Virus record (IMG/VR): IMGVR_UViG_3300043432_000071
Span: 1 to 41,379 of that record
DNA: 41,379 nt
Reading direction: 5' to 3' (one strand)
DNA from: a virus
Lineage: Duplodnaviria; Caudoviricetes
Each line of letters opens with the position of its first letter. Positions within the stretch are counted from its first letter, which is position 1. The position numbers were made by a program, and so were the translations under genes. A model generated the notes under the pieces. The model ran no database searches and was not told the DNA's origin. It saw only the letters and a list, made by a program, of their open reading frames with translations. Of the stretch, positions 18,940-27,419 are shown in pieces.

Positions 18940-19388
18940 TAGCCGCCAACCTCACATTCATGGCGCTGGTACTCACGTCCATTAACCTCAAACCGTTCGG
19001 CTCTCGGCTTAAAGCCAAAAGATTGAATCCAACGTTGATTGCGCTGCGAAACAATAGCCGCTTCCGAATACATTTCTTTGATGCCGAAAATTTCCACGGT
19101 CCTCCGATAGTAGGTTTTGACCGTGCGGTGCAACCACAAAGGGTATGCTGCCAATTCATCCGAGATCATTACCCACGGATAACCTAACCCCGCACGCCAC
19201 ATGACCATGCCTCCACAGCCGACAATCTTGCCGCCAAGTTCTGCACTAAATGCAACGTGGCGATGGCGTTTTAGTATCTCGATCCCATCGAGAATGATCC
19301 ACGGCGGTTCGTTCTCGCGTGAGTGAAACGCTATCATGTGCCACAATTCAAATTTGACCAATGTTGGTTTACAGTCGTTCTCCGACAC
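18939..19388 (-). CDS. GNAT-fold protein (T7 gp13-like position)
   Basis: GKIVGCGG...GYPW...QRWIQSFGF; position after nozzle gene. Confidence 0.75.
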   Translation of the reverse strand: MSENDCKPTLVKFELWHMIAFHSRENEPPWIILDGIEILKRHRHVAFSAELGGKIVGCGGMVMWRAGLGYPWVMISDELAAYPLWLHRTVKTYYRRTVEIFGIKEMYSEAAIVSQRNQRWIQSFGFKPRAERFEVNGREYQRHECEVGG

Positions 19389-21642
19389 TTAGCTCTCCGA
19401 ACATGCAAAGGATTTCTTGCGGATAAGGCAAATCTTGTTCGATAGTCACCTTGCCTATCGTGTCCCAATCCGTGCCCTTGCAACGTATATCGCCCTCTAC
19501 CAACGAGGGAGCATGATCCATTGGTTGACCGCCCTTTGAAAAGTCTAAATCCTCGCCGTTAATCTTGCCGCCCAATGTGCGTTTAACGCGGAGATTGATA
19601 TTGTCCCAACGCCTCGGCACGCCTTCTATCACTGAATCCTGCATAGCGGGCCTCAAGGTGATACAAGTCGATTTGTAATGCAGGCCAATCTCGATACTGG
19701 ACGCCGCTATGGATAAATCGGTTGGTAAGGCACCGCTAGTGACGATCTGTTGTCCCTTGTAGGAACCATCGGCAATCACGTCCACGGTCTTTCCTTCAAG
19801 ATGATCTAGCCCCGTAACATGGGTTATAGCAGCGCCGTTATAGATAAATGCGCAATCGGTCTGAAGGTCTTGCCAGTCTCGGTCGCTAAACTCATCGGCG
19901 CAATCTTCGACAATCTCAATATACCGTTTTTCAATTCCATTGATCGTGCGTTTAACGAGCCACCAAGTTTGATCCCGGTCGCCGTCCGGGTGGGGAATCA
20001 CGCAATGACTTTCAATAATTCCATCCGTCGTGCGCCTAGTGAATCCGACAACATCCTCAGGCACGCGAAAATAAGTTAAACAAACTAGCTGACCGTCGTT
20101 GCGGATAAAATACAAGTGACGATTTGGTTCTTCGGCCCAAGCGATTTGATCCTGTTTGATGCCGCTCTCTCCGCAGATATGCTCAGAGTTACGAGTAAGG
20201 TCGAGAGCGCGAAAGGCGTTATCGTCAAAGTTATAGCTCAAGTCGATAATACGCCTACCGCTTGCCTGGACATAAATTCCTGTGGTTCCGATGATTACCG
20301 GAGCCATCGCCAACGTGCCGGGAGCGTTTTGAGCGCGGACAAAAGGAATCGTATCGCCGCCTAATGGTTGATCTACGCCCGGCCCTTTGGCGGCAAATAC
20401 GGCACCCTCCGTACCGATAAATAACTGACCAAGATCGGCAAGCCATCTAATCGCGTTTAGTTGCCGGGAAGTGATCGTGTACTGAATCGCGTAATCCGCC
20501 AACGCTCCCACAGCATAATTCTCATAACTGTCGCTTGCCGAACCTACCCAAGTCGTCGGATTGGTCGGGTTAGCGGCATGAATCAAGCGGCCTTGATAGA
20601 AAGTGTCAACAGCCGGAAAGCCGTGCGCCGTATCCCACATGGCAACTTCTAGCGTCCAATCGCCGCCAGGGCAGGCTTCAGGAACCGCCCCGGATGATGT
20701 CGCCTTGCTCAACGTAGCGCGAATAATACCCTTAACGGTCTGCGCATTAGTATATTCGGTAATTTCAATCAACCCGCCAAAGAGTTTGATAAACTTACCG
20801 ACATCAGCGGATCGAAACGTATCTTGACCAGCGCCGCCCGATGTTTCGCCTCCGACCGTAACCTTGCCGCCAACGGGTTTTTTCTTGGTGGCCTTGGCGT
20901 AGCTGCTCGGCGATTTATCAAGGAACCATTCCCCGGAAGCGATAGGGTTTGTGTCTGGAAAAGCGTCCAATATATCGCAAGTAGCAACCGCGTGCGGTGA
21001 CGCGCCACCAAGAGCCGTAATAACCGCACGGGAAGTGCCGTACATGATACTGCGGTCAATATCGCCGGTCAGAAAGACGGCAGCACCCGCCGTAAAGGCG
21101 ATGCCGGTCCCGGTTGTTGCTGCGGGAGTCAAGGTAGTTCCTAAATCGGTTCTATCCTCGAATGATGGCGGTGGCCGCAGAGCTAAATTAGTCTTTGCCC
21201 AAATCGTGTCGCTGGACCGGCTAATTTTAGCCGGGTGATGGCTCGGATGATCGAAAAAGTTTACATCAATAGACTGCGCCCAATTAAGATCGAATATCTG
21301 TTCTTCGGTGTAGGTCGTAGTAATTTCAACGGGAGAACCGCCTGACTCAACACGCCTCCCATTGCGATAAACGCGGATATAATTCTCGCCAACTTCCAAG
21401 ACATAGGCCGTCTTGCGGTTGACGATGAATGGAATCAATCGGACTTTTTTTGTCGAGTCTTTGACTTCGCCTACATAGCGCGTGCCTGGCGCACGATACA
21501 GACCGCCCTGGGGAAAGATCAAATAGTTTTCGCAAATAGATACGCCGTTGAAATACTTGGCAAGATCGGGTCGGCCTTCAAGCCTCGGCGAAAGCTCACC
21601 CGCGCTGAAATTGGTTTGCAGTTTTCTGGCCTTGGGCATCAA
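19369..21642 (-). CDS. Tail nozzle / tail tubular protein B (T7 gp12-like)
   Basis: QTNFSAGELSP, N..IFPQGGL.RAPGTRYV, FYQGRL, GLDHLEGKTV motifs. Confidence 0.92.
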   Translation of the reverse strand: MMPKARKLQTNFSAGELSPRLEGRPDLAKYFNGVSICENYLIFPQGGLYRAPGTRYVGEVKDSTKKVRLIPFIVNRKTAYVLEVGENYIRVYRNGRRVESGGSPVEITTTYTEEQIFDLNWAQSIDVNFFDHPSHHPAKISRSSDTIWAKTNLALRPPPSFEDRTDLGTTLTPAATTGTGIAFTAGAAVFLTGDIDRSIMYGTSRAVITALGGASPHAVATCDILDAFPDTNPIASGEWFLDKSPSSYAKATKKKPVGGKVTVGGETSGGAGQDTFRSADVGKFIKLFGGLIEITEYTNAQTVKGIIRATLSKATSSGAVPEACPGGDWTLEVAMWDTAHGFPAVDTFYQGRLIHAANPTNPTTWVGSASDSYENYAVGALADYAIQYTITSRQLNAIRWLADLGQLFIGTEGAVFAAKGPGVDQPLGGDTIPFVRAQNAPGTLAMAPVIIGTTGIYVQASGRRIIDLSYNFDDNAFRALDLTRNSEHICGESGIKQDQIAWAEEPNRHLYFIRNDGQLVCLTYFRVPEDVVGFTRRTTDGIIESHCVIPHPDGDRDQTWWLVKRTINGIEKRYIEIVEDCADEFSDRDWQDLQTDCAFIYNGAAITHVTGLDHLEGKTVDVIADGSYKGQQIVTSGALPTDLSIAASSIEIGLHYKSTCITLRPAMQDSVIEGVPRRWDNINLRVKRTLGGKINGEDLDFSKGGQPMDHAPSLVEGDIRCKGTDWDTIGKVTIEQDLPYPQEILCMFGELSVGERL

Positions 21643-22202
21643 TCATTCCTAATATCGTCCGTCAGAGCCGTACTACCGTAAATCCAGGCCGAACCCTCTT
21701 GCCCGTCCGCCGCTTGGGCATCATTCTTGAGCAGCATGTATTGCTCAAGCAATTTTAACGAAAAAGCCGCATCATGGCTAAACATGAGCGCAAAGCGGGA
21801 ACCAAGAAATGTTGAAAACATACTGACAAACAAGGCGTCCCACAGGTCGGGATTTCCGACCCGTTGAACGTATTTTGCCACAACTGCCGTTTCATCCGTA
21901 ACGATGTCTCTACCTTCCACTTGCCACACAGCATAGGGATTGTCGTTAACGCCTAAAACCCTCAAATCGAGGTCATCGCGCTTGTAGCCAAAAGCAAAAC
22001 CAGAAACAGGTGCAGGCGCGTTTTGCGCCAATTCTTTGCGAGCGATAGCGAAGTTCCACAGATGATCGCGCAAGACGGCATCACGCAACGGATGATAAAT
22101 CAATCGGCAACGACTTGACGTTGTATCCGTATCGTCAATATCGGTGATCGGGTCTTTGCCGGCCATCAACAAACCGAGATTCACTACATCCGTAGGAGTC
22201 AT
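21639..22202 (-). CDS. Tail adaptor / tail tubular protein A (T7 gp11-like)
   Basis: DVVNLGL...RDAVLRDHLWNFA...DALF...AQAADGQEG. Confidence 0.9.
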   Translation of the reverse strand: MTPTDVVNLGLLMAGKDPITDIDDTDTTSSRCRLIYHPLRDAVLRDHLWNFAIARKELAQNAPAPVSGFAFGYKRDDLDLRVLGVNDNPYAVWQVEGRDIVTDETAVVAKYVQRVGNPDLWDALFVSMFSTFLGSRFALMFSHDAAFSLKLLEQYMLLKNDAQAADGQEGSAWIYGSTALTDDIRND

Positions 22203-22203
22203 A

Positions 22204-22536
22204 TTATCCCTCGGTTACAAGTAACGCTTTGGTTCCTGTGCCGCCGTGGATGCAAGTTACCGGCACGGTGGGAACTACCGTGTCCATGAATAAGGTGCCA
22301 CCAGCCGCATTCAATCGAATCCCCTCATCAACCACAGCCACGCCACCCGTAAGATTACAATAAATTGTAGTGTCCGAATCGTTTTGGAGAATAAGGAGAC
22401 TGCGAATGCCCCGCGTCGTGCCTAGCACGGAGGTTGAAGCCGTTGTTACGTTGACAACGGTATGAATCGCTGTAATGCGTTCGGCACCCCAAGCAACCGA
22501 CGCTATCAACAGGAATGCCAACCACAATTTACGCAA
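22204..22536 (-). CDS. Small beta-sandwich virion decoration-like protein with signal peptide
   Basis: MRKLWLAFLLIASVAWG|AE; R.LLILQNDSDTTIY...GIRL motif of small phage structural proteins. Confidence 0.7.
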   Translation of the reverse strand: MRKLWLAFLLIASVAWGAERITAIHTVVNVTTASTSVLGTTRGIRSLLILQNDSDTTIYCNLTGGVAVVDEGIRLNAAGGTLFMDTVVPTVPVTCIHGGTGTKALLVTEG

Positions 22537-22972
22537 GGCCGTGATCCTTTTTGAACTGCTCGAAAGATTGCGCTATCTGATCTTTTTTCTGTTGGAGTGC
22601 CGCGATTTCAACGTTGAGTTCTTTAATGACCGACTGTTTATCGGCTCTAACTTGGTTGATCTCGTCGCGTAAACTTGCCAACTCCCCGCGCAGCGGATCG
22701 AGCGATGCCGAAAGCGAGTCCTTGAGCTTATCGTTGGCAACTTGAATATCGTTAGCCGCCTTAGTCGCTTCGGCAATCTTGGCTTGAGCGACACCACGCG
22801 CCGTTTCAAGTTCGCCAAGTTGTTTTTCGGCAGCGGTTTTTTGTTGCCCAAGAGCGACAAGTTGCTTTTCGGCCTGCTCGGCAGCGGCAACGATTTCGGC
22901 AGCAGCAAGCACAGCCGGTGCAAAATCAGCCATCGGCTTTAAGGCGTTTCTGATTTGTTCAGCGGTCAACAT
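22529..22972 (-). CDS. Coiled-coil protein
   Basis: Continuous heptad pattern over ~110 aa. Confidence 0.75.
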   Translation of the reverse strand: MLTAEQIRNALKPMADFAPAVLAAAEIVAAAEQAEKQLVALGQQKTAAEKQLGELETARGVAQAKIAEATKAANDIQVANDKLKDSLSASLDPLRGELASLRDEINQVRADKQSVIKELNVEIAALQQKKDQIAQSFEQFKKDHGLA

Positions 22973-22976
22973 ATTA

Positions 22977-23639
22977 TTACCTCCAATGTTCTCTTACCCA
23001 GGGTATCTGCTTCCAAATCTCGGCTGGCTTTGGGAAGCCGTGAAAAACATATATCGACGCGGTTTCTCTAAAATATCTCTCATTCTCCGGCCTATCCATG
23101 TAGTGTGTGCGAAAGCCGAGAATCTGGCCGGGAAACAATTCCTCAAGATACTCACCATCGGTGATTTGCTCGGTCAACCATTCTTGATCTGAGTACAGCC
23201 GTTTCATCACGTCATAGCCGTGCTCGTTGAAATTCTCCCATACATGCGTGTTCTCGCCTGGCCTAAGCGACCATATCGAACCGTTGTAGTATTTTTGCTC
23301 TGGACCGTATTGCCAATAGCCCAAGCCCGCAAACTTGCCGCGATAGTTTAATAGCCAGTCGATGTTGGCCGTGATGACAATATCTAAATCTAGGCACACT
23401 ATCTGATCGTCGTCGATACATTGCGGCGGCGCGAAAAGCGGGATCTTGTTCCACCACCCTTTGAGCATGTACGGCAATGGTCGTACCTCAATGCCCTCGG
23501 CTTCCAGTCCATCCGGCCTTTCCGTAAAGCAGGTAAACCGAAATGGCACCGTAGAATTGCGCTTGACCATATTGTAGAGCTTGGTCACATACTCAGGTTT
23601 ATAAAATCCTGAGTGTTTGATGCAGACGACGTTAGTCAC
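22977..23639 (-). CDS. GT-A fold glycosyltransferase
   Basis: YVTKLYNMVKRN...FTCFT, GWWNKIPLF, DLD (DxD) motif, YNGS, SDQEW, FHGFPKP. Confidence 0.9.
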   Translation of the reverse strand: MTNVVCIKHSGFYKPEYVTKLYNMVKRNSTVPFRFTCFTERPDGLEAEGIEVRPLPYMLKGWWNKIPLFAPPQCIDDDQIVCLDLDIVITANIDWLLNYRGKFAGLGYWQYGPEQKYYNGSIWSLRPGENTHVWENFNEHGYDVMKRLYSDQEWLTEQITDGEYLEELFPGQILGFRTHYMDRPENERYFRETASIYVFHGFPKPAEIWKQIPWVREHWR

Positions 23640-24207
23640 TGGGTTTCCCCGTTAATGCGATTAGCCTGCCGTCGCCTGAGTCGGAGAACTCCACATTCTT
23701 CCATCTCTTTGAAATTTTAGGCTTCCACCACTGCGACGGCTTGACGGTAAGGTGCAATGTCTCATGGATCTCATTGCCCCAACTCTCCGGCCAAAGTGCG
23801 ATTTGCAGAAACGCACCCTTACCCGTGATGACCCGGATATTGTCGAGTACCTTATCAACCTTGGACGGCGGTATATGTTCCAGCACGTCACAACAATACG
23901 CCCAATCATAGACGGGCATTGGCGGCAGTTCCCATAGACAGGCTTCTATAAAAGGCTTAGCAATGGAAGTTGGGTCTGGCGCTGCCACGGTGATGTCTAA
24001 GAACGTAACCGAGAGACCGGCATCGCGCAGTTTAGCACCGGCCCGCCCTGGACCGCAGCCAAGATCAATTAACGTATCTCCGCCCTGCCAGCCGGAGCGT
24101 CTAAGAAACTCAGGGACAAGACGCTCGCCCGGCGAATTACTGCGATAGCCGGGAACTTCGCGCCACATCCGGCGATATTTTTCGCGTTCCTTATCGAGCA
24201 AGTTCAT
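23632..24207 (-). CDS. Class I SAM-dependent methyltransferase
   Basis: LIDLGCGPG motif I; CCDVLEHIP; start MNLLDKEREKY at 24207. Confidence 0.9.
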   Translation of the reverse strand: MNLLDKEREKYRRMWREVPGYRSNSPGERLVPEFLRRSGWQGGDTLIDLGCGPGRAGAKLRDAGLSVTFLDITVAAPDPTSIAKPFIEACLWELPPMPVYDWAYCCDVLEHIPPSKVDKVLDNIRVITGKGAFLQIALWPESWGNEIHETLHLTVKPSQWWKPKISKRWKNVEFSDSGDGRLIALTGKPSD

Positions 24208-24407
24208 GTAGCGTCGTCGGCGCGACTTTCTACCCACTCGCCATAGTCCGGGTGAGTAGGAGAAAGGAATCGCTGAAATCGGCAAATAACGTTACCCGCG
24301 ATGCTGGTTGCAACGTGCGAATTTACCCAAGTACCATCCGCCATTTTCGCCTGCCCCCACGCTTCGGCGGTGTCACGACCCGCGTCTGTGTTTGCGTAAT
24401 TAGCCAT
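24204..24407 (-). CDS. Hypothetical protein
   Basis: 67-aa ORF with SD GGAGG, coupled to both neighbours. Confidence 0.65.
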   Translation of the reverse strand: MANYANTDAGRDTAEAWGQAKMADGTWVNSHVATSIAGNVICRFQRFLSPTHPDYGEWVESRADDAT

Positions 24408-24678
24408 TGTCGTTTACCTCCAACGAACACTTGCCCTCTTTTATCATTCTCGTCAATTCCATTTCTTCAGCCTTTGATCCATGCAGACAAAATCCGTCAA
24501 CGACATTGCCAAACTTATCTACGAGTTTGATCGGCATGTCGGTATAACGCCGCGCATGAACGGTGCAGTATGAAGCGTTGGGCAATCCTGGCACGCCGAT
24601 AAGTTTTAAGTTGACGCACTTAAAATCACCGATAAAACAACATGCGCCACACATATTACACGCGCCCTTCAAACTCAT
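24400..24678 (-). CDS. YkgJ/FliB-like CxxCxxCC cysteine-cluster protein
   Basis: CNMCGACC...C.NL...CTVHARR; start MSLKG at 24678. Confidence 0.8.
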   Translation of the reverse strand: MSLKGACNMCGACCFIGDFKCVNLKLIGVPGLPNASYCTVHARRYTDMPIKLVDKFGNVVDGFCLHGSKAEEMELTRMIKEGKCSLEVNDNG

Positions 24679-25271
24679 TCCATGCCTCCAAAGAAACTCT
24701 TTGACCAACCTGACATTGCACGAACGACGTTCTTGAAATCAGGCTTGTATTCCATTTCCTGTTTAATCGACGCCTGCGCTTTACAATAATCTTTGGATCG
24801 ACTTATCGTTTCCCAAAATCTTGGCGTGTCATCATTGGGACAACCGCATAAAACAATCGGTTGACAACCCATGAGATAAGCAATTTGCGCCGCAAACATT
24901 CCCGACAAACTCATAGTAGGCGTCAACTCTTTCCACTGATACCAAGGACGAACGCCATACAAACCGCCATCGTGAACGCGAAAATCGATGTTGCCATAAG
25001 ACGATCCGGTTGGATCGCGCCTAATGGCAACCCAAAAATCAAGACGGGCGGTGTGTAAACTAACAAAATGATCGAGCCGAGGAAGCAAAACGCCGACATC
25101 ATTAGCAGCAAAAGTGAGAGGATGCCCACCGAAAACAGAAGTCGCTCGATCAACCTCATCAAAAACCCCTCTTGCGCTGCCGGCTACTAGGGCGGGAGTA
25201 CCCGCCGCCGAGTCTATCAACTCCGCGACGTTCCCCCCGCCCACATAGCCCTTAGCTTCCCATTCCGGCAT
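24675..25271 (-). CDS. Maf/DUF115-like Rossmann-fold glycosyltransferase-type protein
   Basis: ALVAGSA...FAAND...SGMFAAQIAYLMGCQPIVLCG...VRAMSGW. Confidence 0.7.
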   Translation of the reverse strand: MPEWEAKGYVGGGNVAELIDSAAGTPALVAGSARGVFDEVDRATSVFGGHPLTFAANDVGVLLPRLDHFVSLHTARLDFWVAIRRDPTGSSYGNIDFRVHDGGLYGVRPWYQWKELTPTMSLSGMFAAQIAYLMGCQPIVLCGCPNDDTPRFWETISRSKDYCKAQASIKQEMEYKPDFKNVVRAMSGWSKSFFGGME

Positions 25272-25780
25272 TAGGAACCGGGAATAAAGAAGAACGTCCC
25301 GAACACCTTTTGCCCCGCCACCGGCGTTCCCGTTGCGCCGTAAGTCAACGTAACCGGAACATCCGTGGTCGGCGTGTAACCGTAACTCGCGCCATTGGGC
25401 AATCCGATTGCCGCCGTGGCGTCAAAGTCACTGGCAAGCATGTACTTGTTTGCCGTGGTGCCATCGCCGATTACCGGGGTCTGTCCGACGCCAGCCGAAG
25501 CCGATAGGCCGTCGCTTGACACGAACAAACCAATCCATTTCCAATTTCTCGGATGCTGGAAAAGTTTGACCACGCCGCTTACCGTGTCGGTGGTGCCGGT
25601 CGTATAAGTCCCGGCCCCTACGGTATGAGAGAAACAAATCGGCACGACGCGACCACCTTGGGAAGTTGCCGCGTATGGCAATTTATTTTCAACCGTATCG
25701 ACGTAGAACACCGACCGACTAGCCGATGCCGTTCCTACCTGACTTTTCAGGATTTTGAGTATTGATTGCAAAAACCTCAT
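25271..25780 (-). CDS. Head decoration/cement-like protein with amphipathic N-terminal leader
   Basis: Directly after the major capsid gene; GGRVVP...IGDG...KY beta-fold pattern; start MRFLQSILKILKSQVG at 25780. Confidence 0.7.
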   Translation of the reverse strand: MRFLQSILKILKSQVGTASASRSVFYVDTVENKLPYAATSQGGRVVPICFSHTVGAGTYTTGTTDTVSGVVKLFQHPRNWKWIGLFVSSDGLSASAGVGQTPVIGDGTTANKYMLASDFDATAAIGLPNGASYGYTPTTDVPVTLTYGATGTPVAGQKVFGTFFFIPGS

Positions 25781-25803
25781 AAACAAATCACCCCCAATCT
25801 TGG

Positions 25804-26835
25804 TTAATTTTCCTTACACTCTACCCGAACAACCGCGCCTTCCCACAAGCGGACTACGCCCATTGTCAGCGAGACATAGACCTGAATCTCGTTGTTGAGG
25901 TCAGGCCGCACCGCAATACTCGGCGTAATGTCCTGCGCGGAGCTAAAACCCACGCCTTCGCGTCCCATCGCAACGCAGTACCGGCTGGTCGTGACCGGAT
26001 CGAGCGGCCCCGGCAGCATGTTGACAAGAACCGCAGTGGTTTCGTCAACAACATCGGGAATCTGTACCCAATGCAAACCTTCCCAATCTATGCCGTCAGC
26101 GGTGCCGGCATCGTGAATCCTGTTCTGAGTGAAGTCAGAACTTGACGCCTGGGTGATTCCCAAGATGTCGGTTTCCTGGCCTGGGCCGTAGAACATAACC
26201 CGCGCTTTAGCCCCGGTGGGAACCGATGCCTTGCTGAGTAGCACATTGGCCGCAACGATAGTTGCCAACGTTAAGGCAGTCGTAGCCCCGCCAGCCGGGG
26301 TGATGGTATGAGCCGTGAGCATCGCCTGGGTTCCATAGGTCATCTGACCCGTGGTTCCCGATGTCGTTATGGTAGTGGCCGCGCCGATGGCCCCGTCGAT
26401 AATCGCCTTGTCGATAGTCTGCACGGCGGCAGCCGCGAGCAAATCGCGGTAGTCGCTTTGCGGTTCGATCAACATGCGCACCGCATCAACATTAGGCGAA
26501 AGCAAGATGCCGCCGCCTACGGTCTGCATGGTAGCGCCGCGCCGGGTATGATTCGGATTCAACTCTACCGTCTGGACGTGACGGCCAATCGGTTTCAAGA
26601 GTACGTTGCCGACCCGTTCCCAGGTGTCGATAACAGCCCTAACGCCGCTTCGCGTATTGCGAGCGCCAAGTTGAGGTTTTACCAATGCGGTCTGTTGCTG
26701 CATGGTCTGCAGCAACATGGGCGTAAACTGATGCACCCACGCCGCAGGAATAGAAATGCTGCCATGCTGGTTAGCCAGGACTTTCCAGCCCAGGCTAAAG
26801 ACGCCAAGCAGCCAACTGAGAAAATAGTTGAACAT
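25804..26835 (-). CDS. Major capsid protein with 25-aa N-terminal leader
   Basis: AWVHQF...QQ, NHTRR, RMLIEPQSDY, IDKAII, SSDF, MGVVRL.EGAVV; SD AAAGGAG then ATG 26835. Confidence 0.92.
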   Translation of the reverse strand: MFNYFLSWLLGVFSLGWKVLANQHGSISIPAAWVHQFTPMLLQTMQQQTALVKPQLGARNTRSGVRAVIDTWERVGNVLLKPIGRHVQTVELNPNHTRRGATMQTVGGGILLSPNVDAVRMLIEPQSDYRDLLAAAAVQTIDKAIIDGAIGAATTITTSGTTGQMTYGTQAMLTAHTITPAGGATTALTLATIVAANVLLSKASVPTGAKARVMFYGPGQETDILGITQASSSDFTQNRIHDAGTADGIDWEGLHWVQIPDVVDETTAVLVNMLPGPLDPVTTSRYCVAMGREGVGFSSAQDITPSIAVRPDLNNEIQVYVSLTMGVVRLWEGAVVRVECKEN

Positions 26836-26855
26836 AGATAGCTCCTTTCGTTTTC

Positions 26856-27029
26856 TCCCGATCATCGGCAGGAATCGGGACTGTCTCGGTGAAGCTGCCC
26901 CTTGCGGGACTTCGCCTTGCTCTGCGTGAGCAACGGACCTGCTTTCAGGTCAGCCACCGGGACTCGAAAGAGCTACCCCGGAATAGAGGTTTAACCCTCC
27001 GTGCTAGGCACCCGTGATGCGCCCAGCAC
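26856..27029 (-). ncRNA. Structured cis-regulatory RNA in the capsid leader
   Basis: Consecutive hairpins at 26856-26880, 26888-26916, 26917-26933, 26936-26951, 26957-26981 and 27001-27029. Confidence 0.65.
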
Positions 27030-27039
27030 GCAGGATTAG

Positions 27040-27192
27040 TCAGACGTGAGCGCCCGCCTTTCTAGCCTTGGAAAAGGCAATGGCTTCCAACATCTTCTCC
27101 TTCTTTTTCCCCTTCATGCGCGCTGGTACGGTCGAGGGGATCTTATGATGAACTTCGCGCATCATGCGGGATAGAATACTATCCTTAGCCAT
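27040..27192 (-). CDS. 50-aa basic protein (DUF6496-like)
   Basis: MAKDSILSRMMREVHHK...KMLEAIAFSKARKAGAHV; AIA.S.ARKAG motif. Confidence 0.7.
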   Translation of the reverse strand: MAKDSILSRMMREVHHKIPSTVPARMKGKKKEKMLEAIAFSKARKAGAHV

Positions 27193-27411
27193 TTAATCTT
27201 CTTCCCGTTCGTCGCGGCGAAGTGGCCGTTTCTCCCTTTCCCTGCGCCGCTGGTGGCTTTCGACGACTTCGGGTGGTGCGCCGACGATCTGCACAATCTT
27301 GTCCTTGCTGTAACCACGGTCAATCATGCGGTTAATGGCGTTGACGATGTTGGGATTTTCCGTGTCAACAACGCCGCTTTGAAAAATAATCGGCTTTACT
27401 TCAACAGCCAT
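27193..27411 (-). CDS. Hypothetical protein, HTH-like
   Basis: SD GGAGG; INRMIDRGYSKDKIVQIVGAPPEVV. Confidence 0.65.
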   Translation of the reverse strand: MAVEVKPIIFQSGVVDTENPNIVNAINRMIDRGYSKDKIVQIVGAPPEVVESHQRRREREKRPLRRDEREED

Positions 27412-27419
27412 GTTACCTC

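Noticed and set aside
18440-19159. 239-aa overlapping minus-strand ORF
   Set aside because: Alternative frame across the gp13-like and Ala/Gly-rich gp14-like genes; explained by codon bias.
25790-25830. T7 10A/10B-style capsid frameshift
   Set aside because: No canonical slippery heptamer at the capsid 3' end, and the downstream gene has its own SD and leader.
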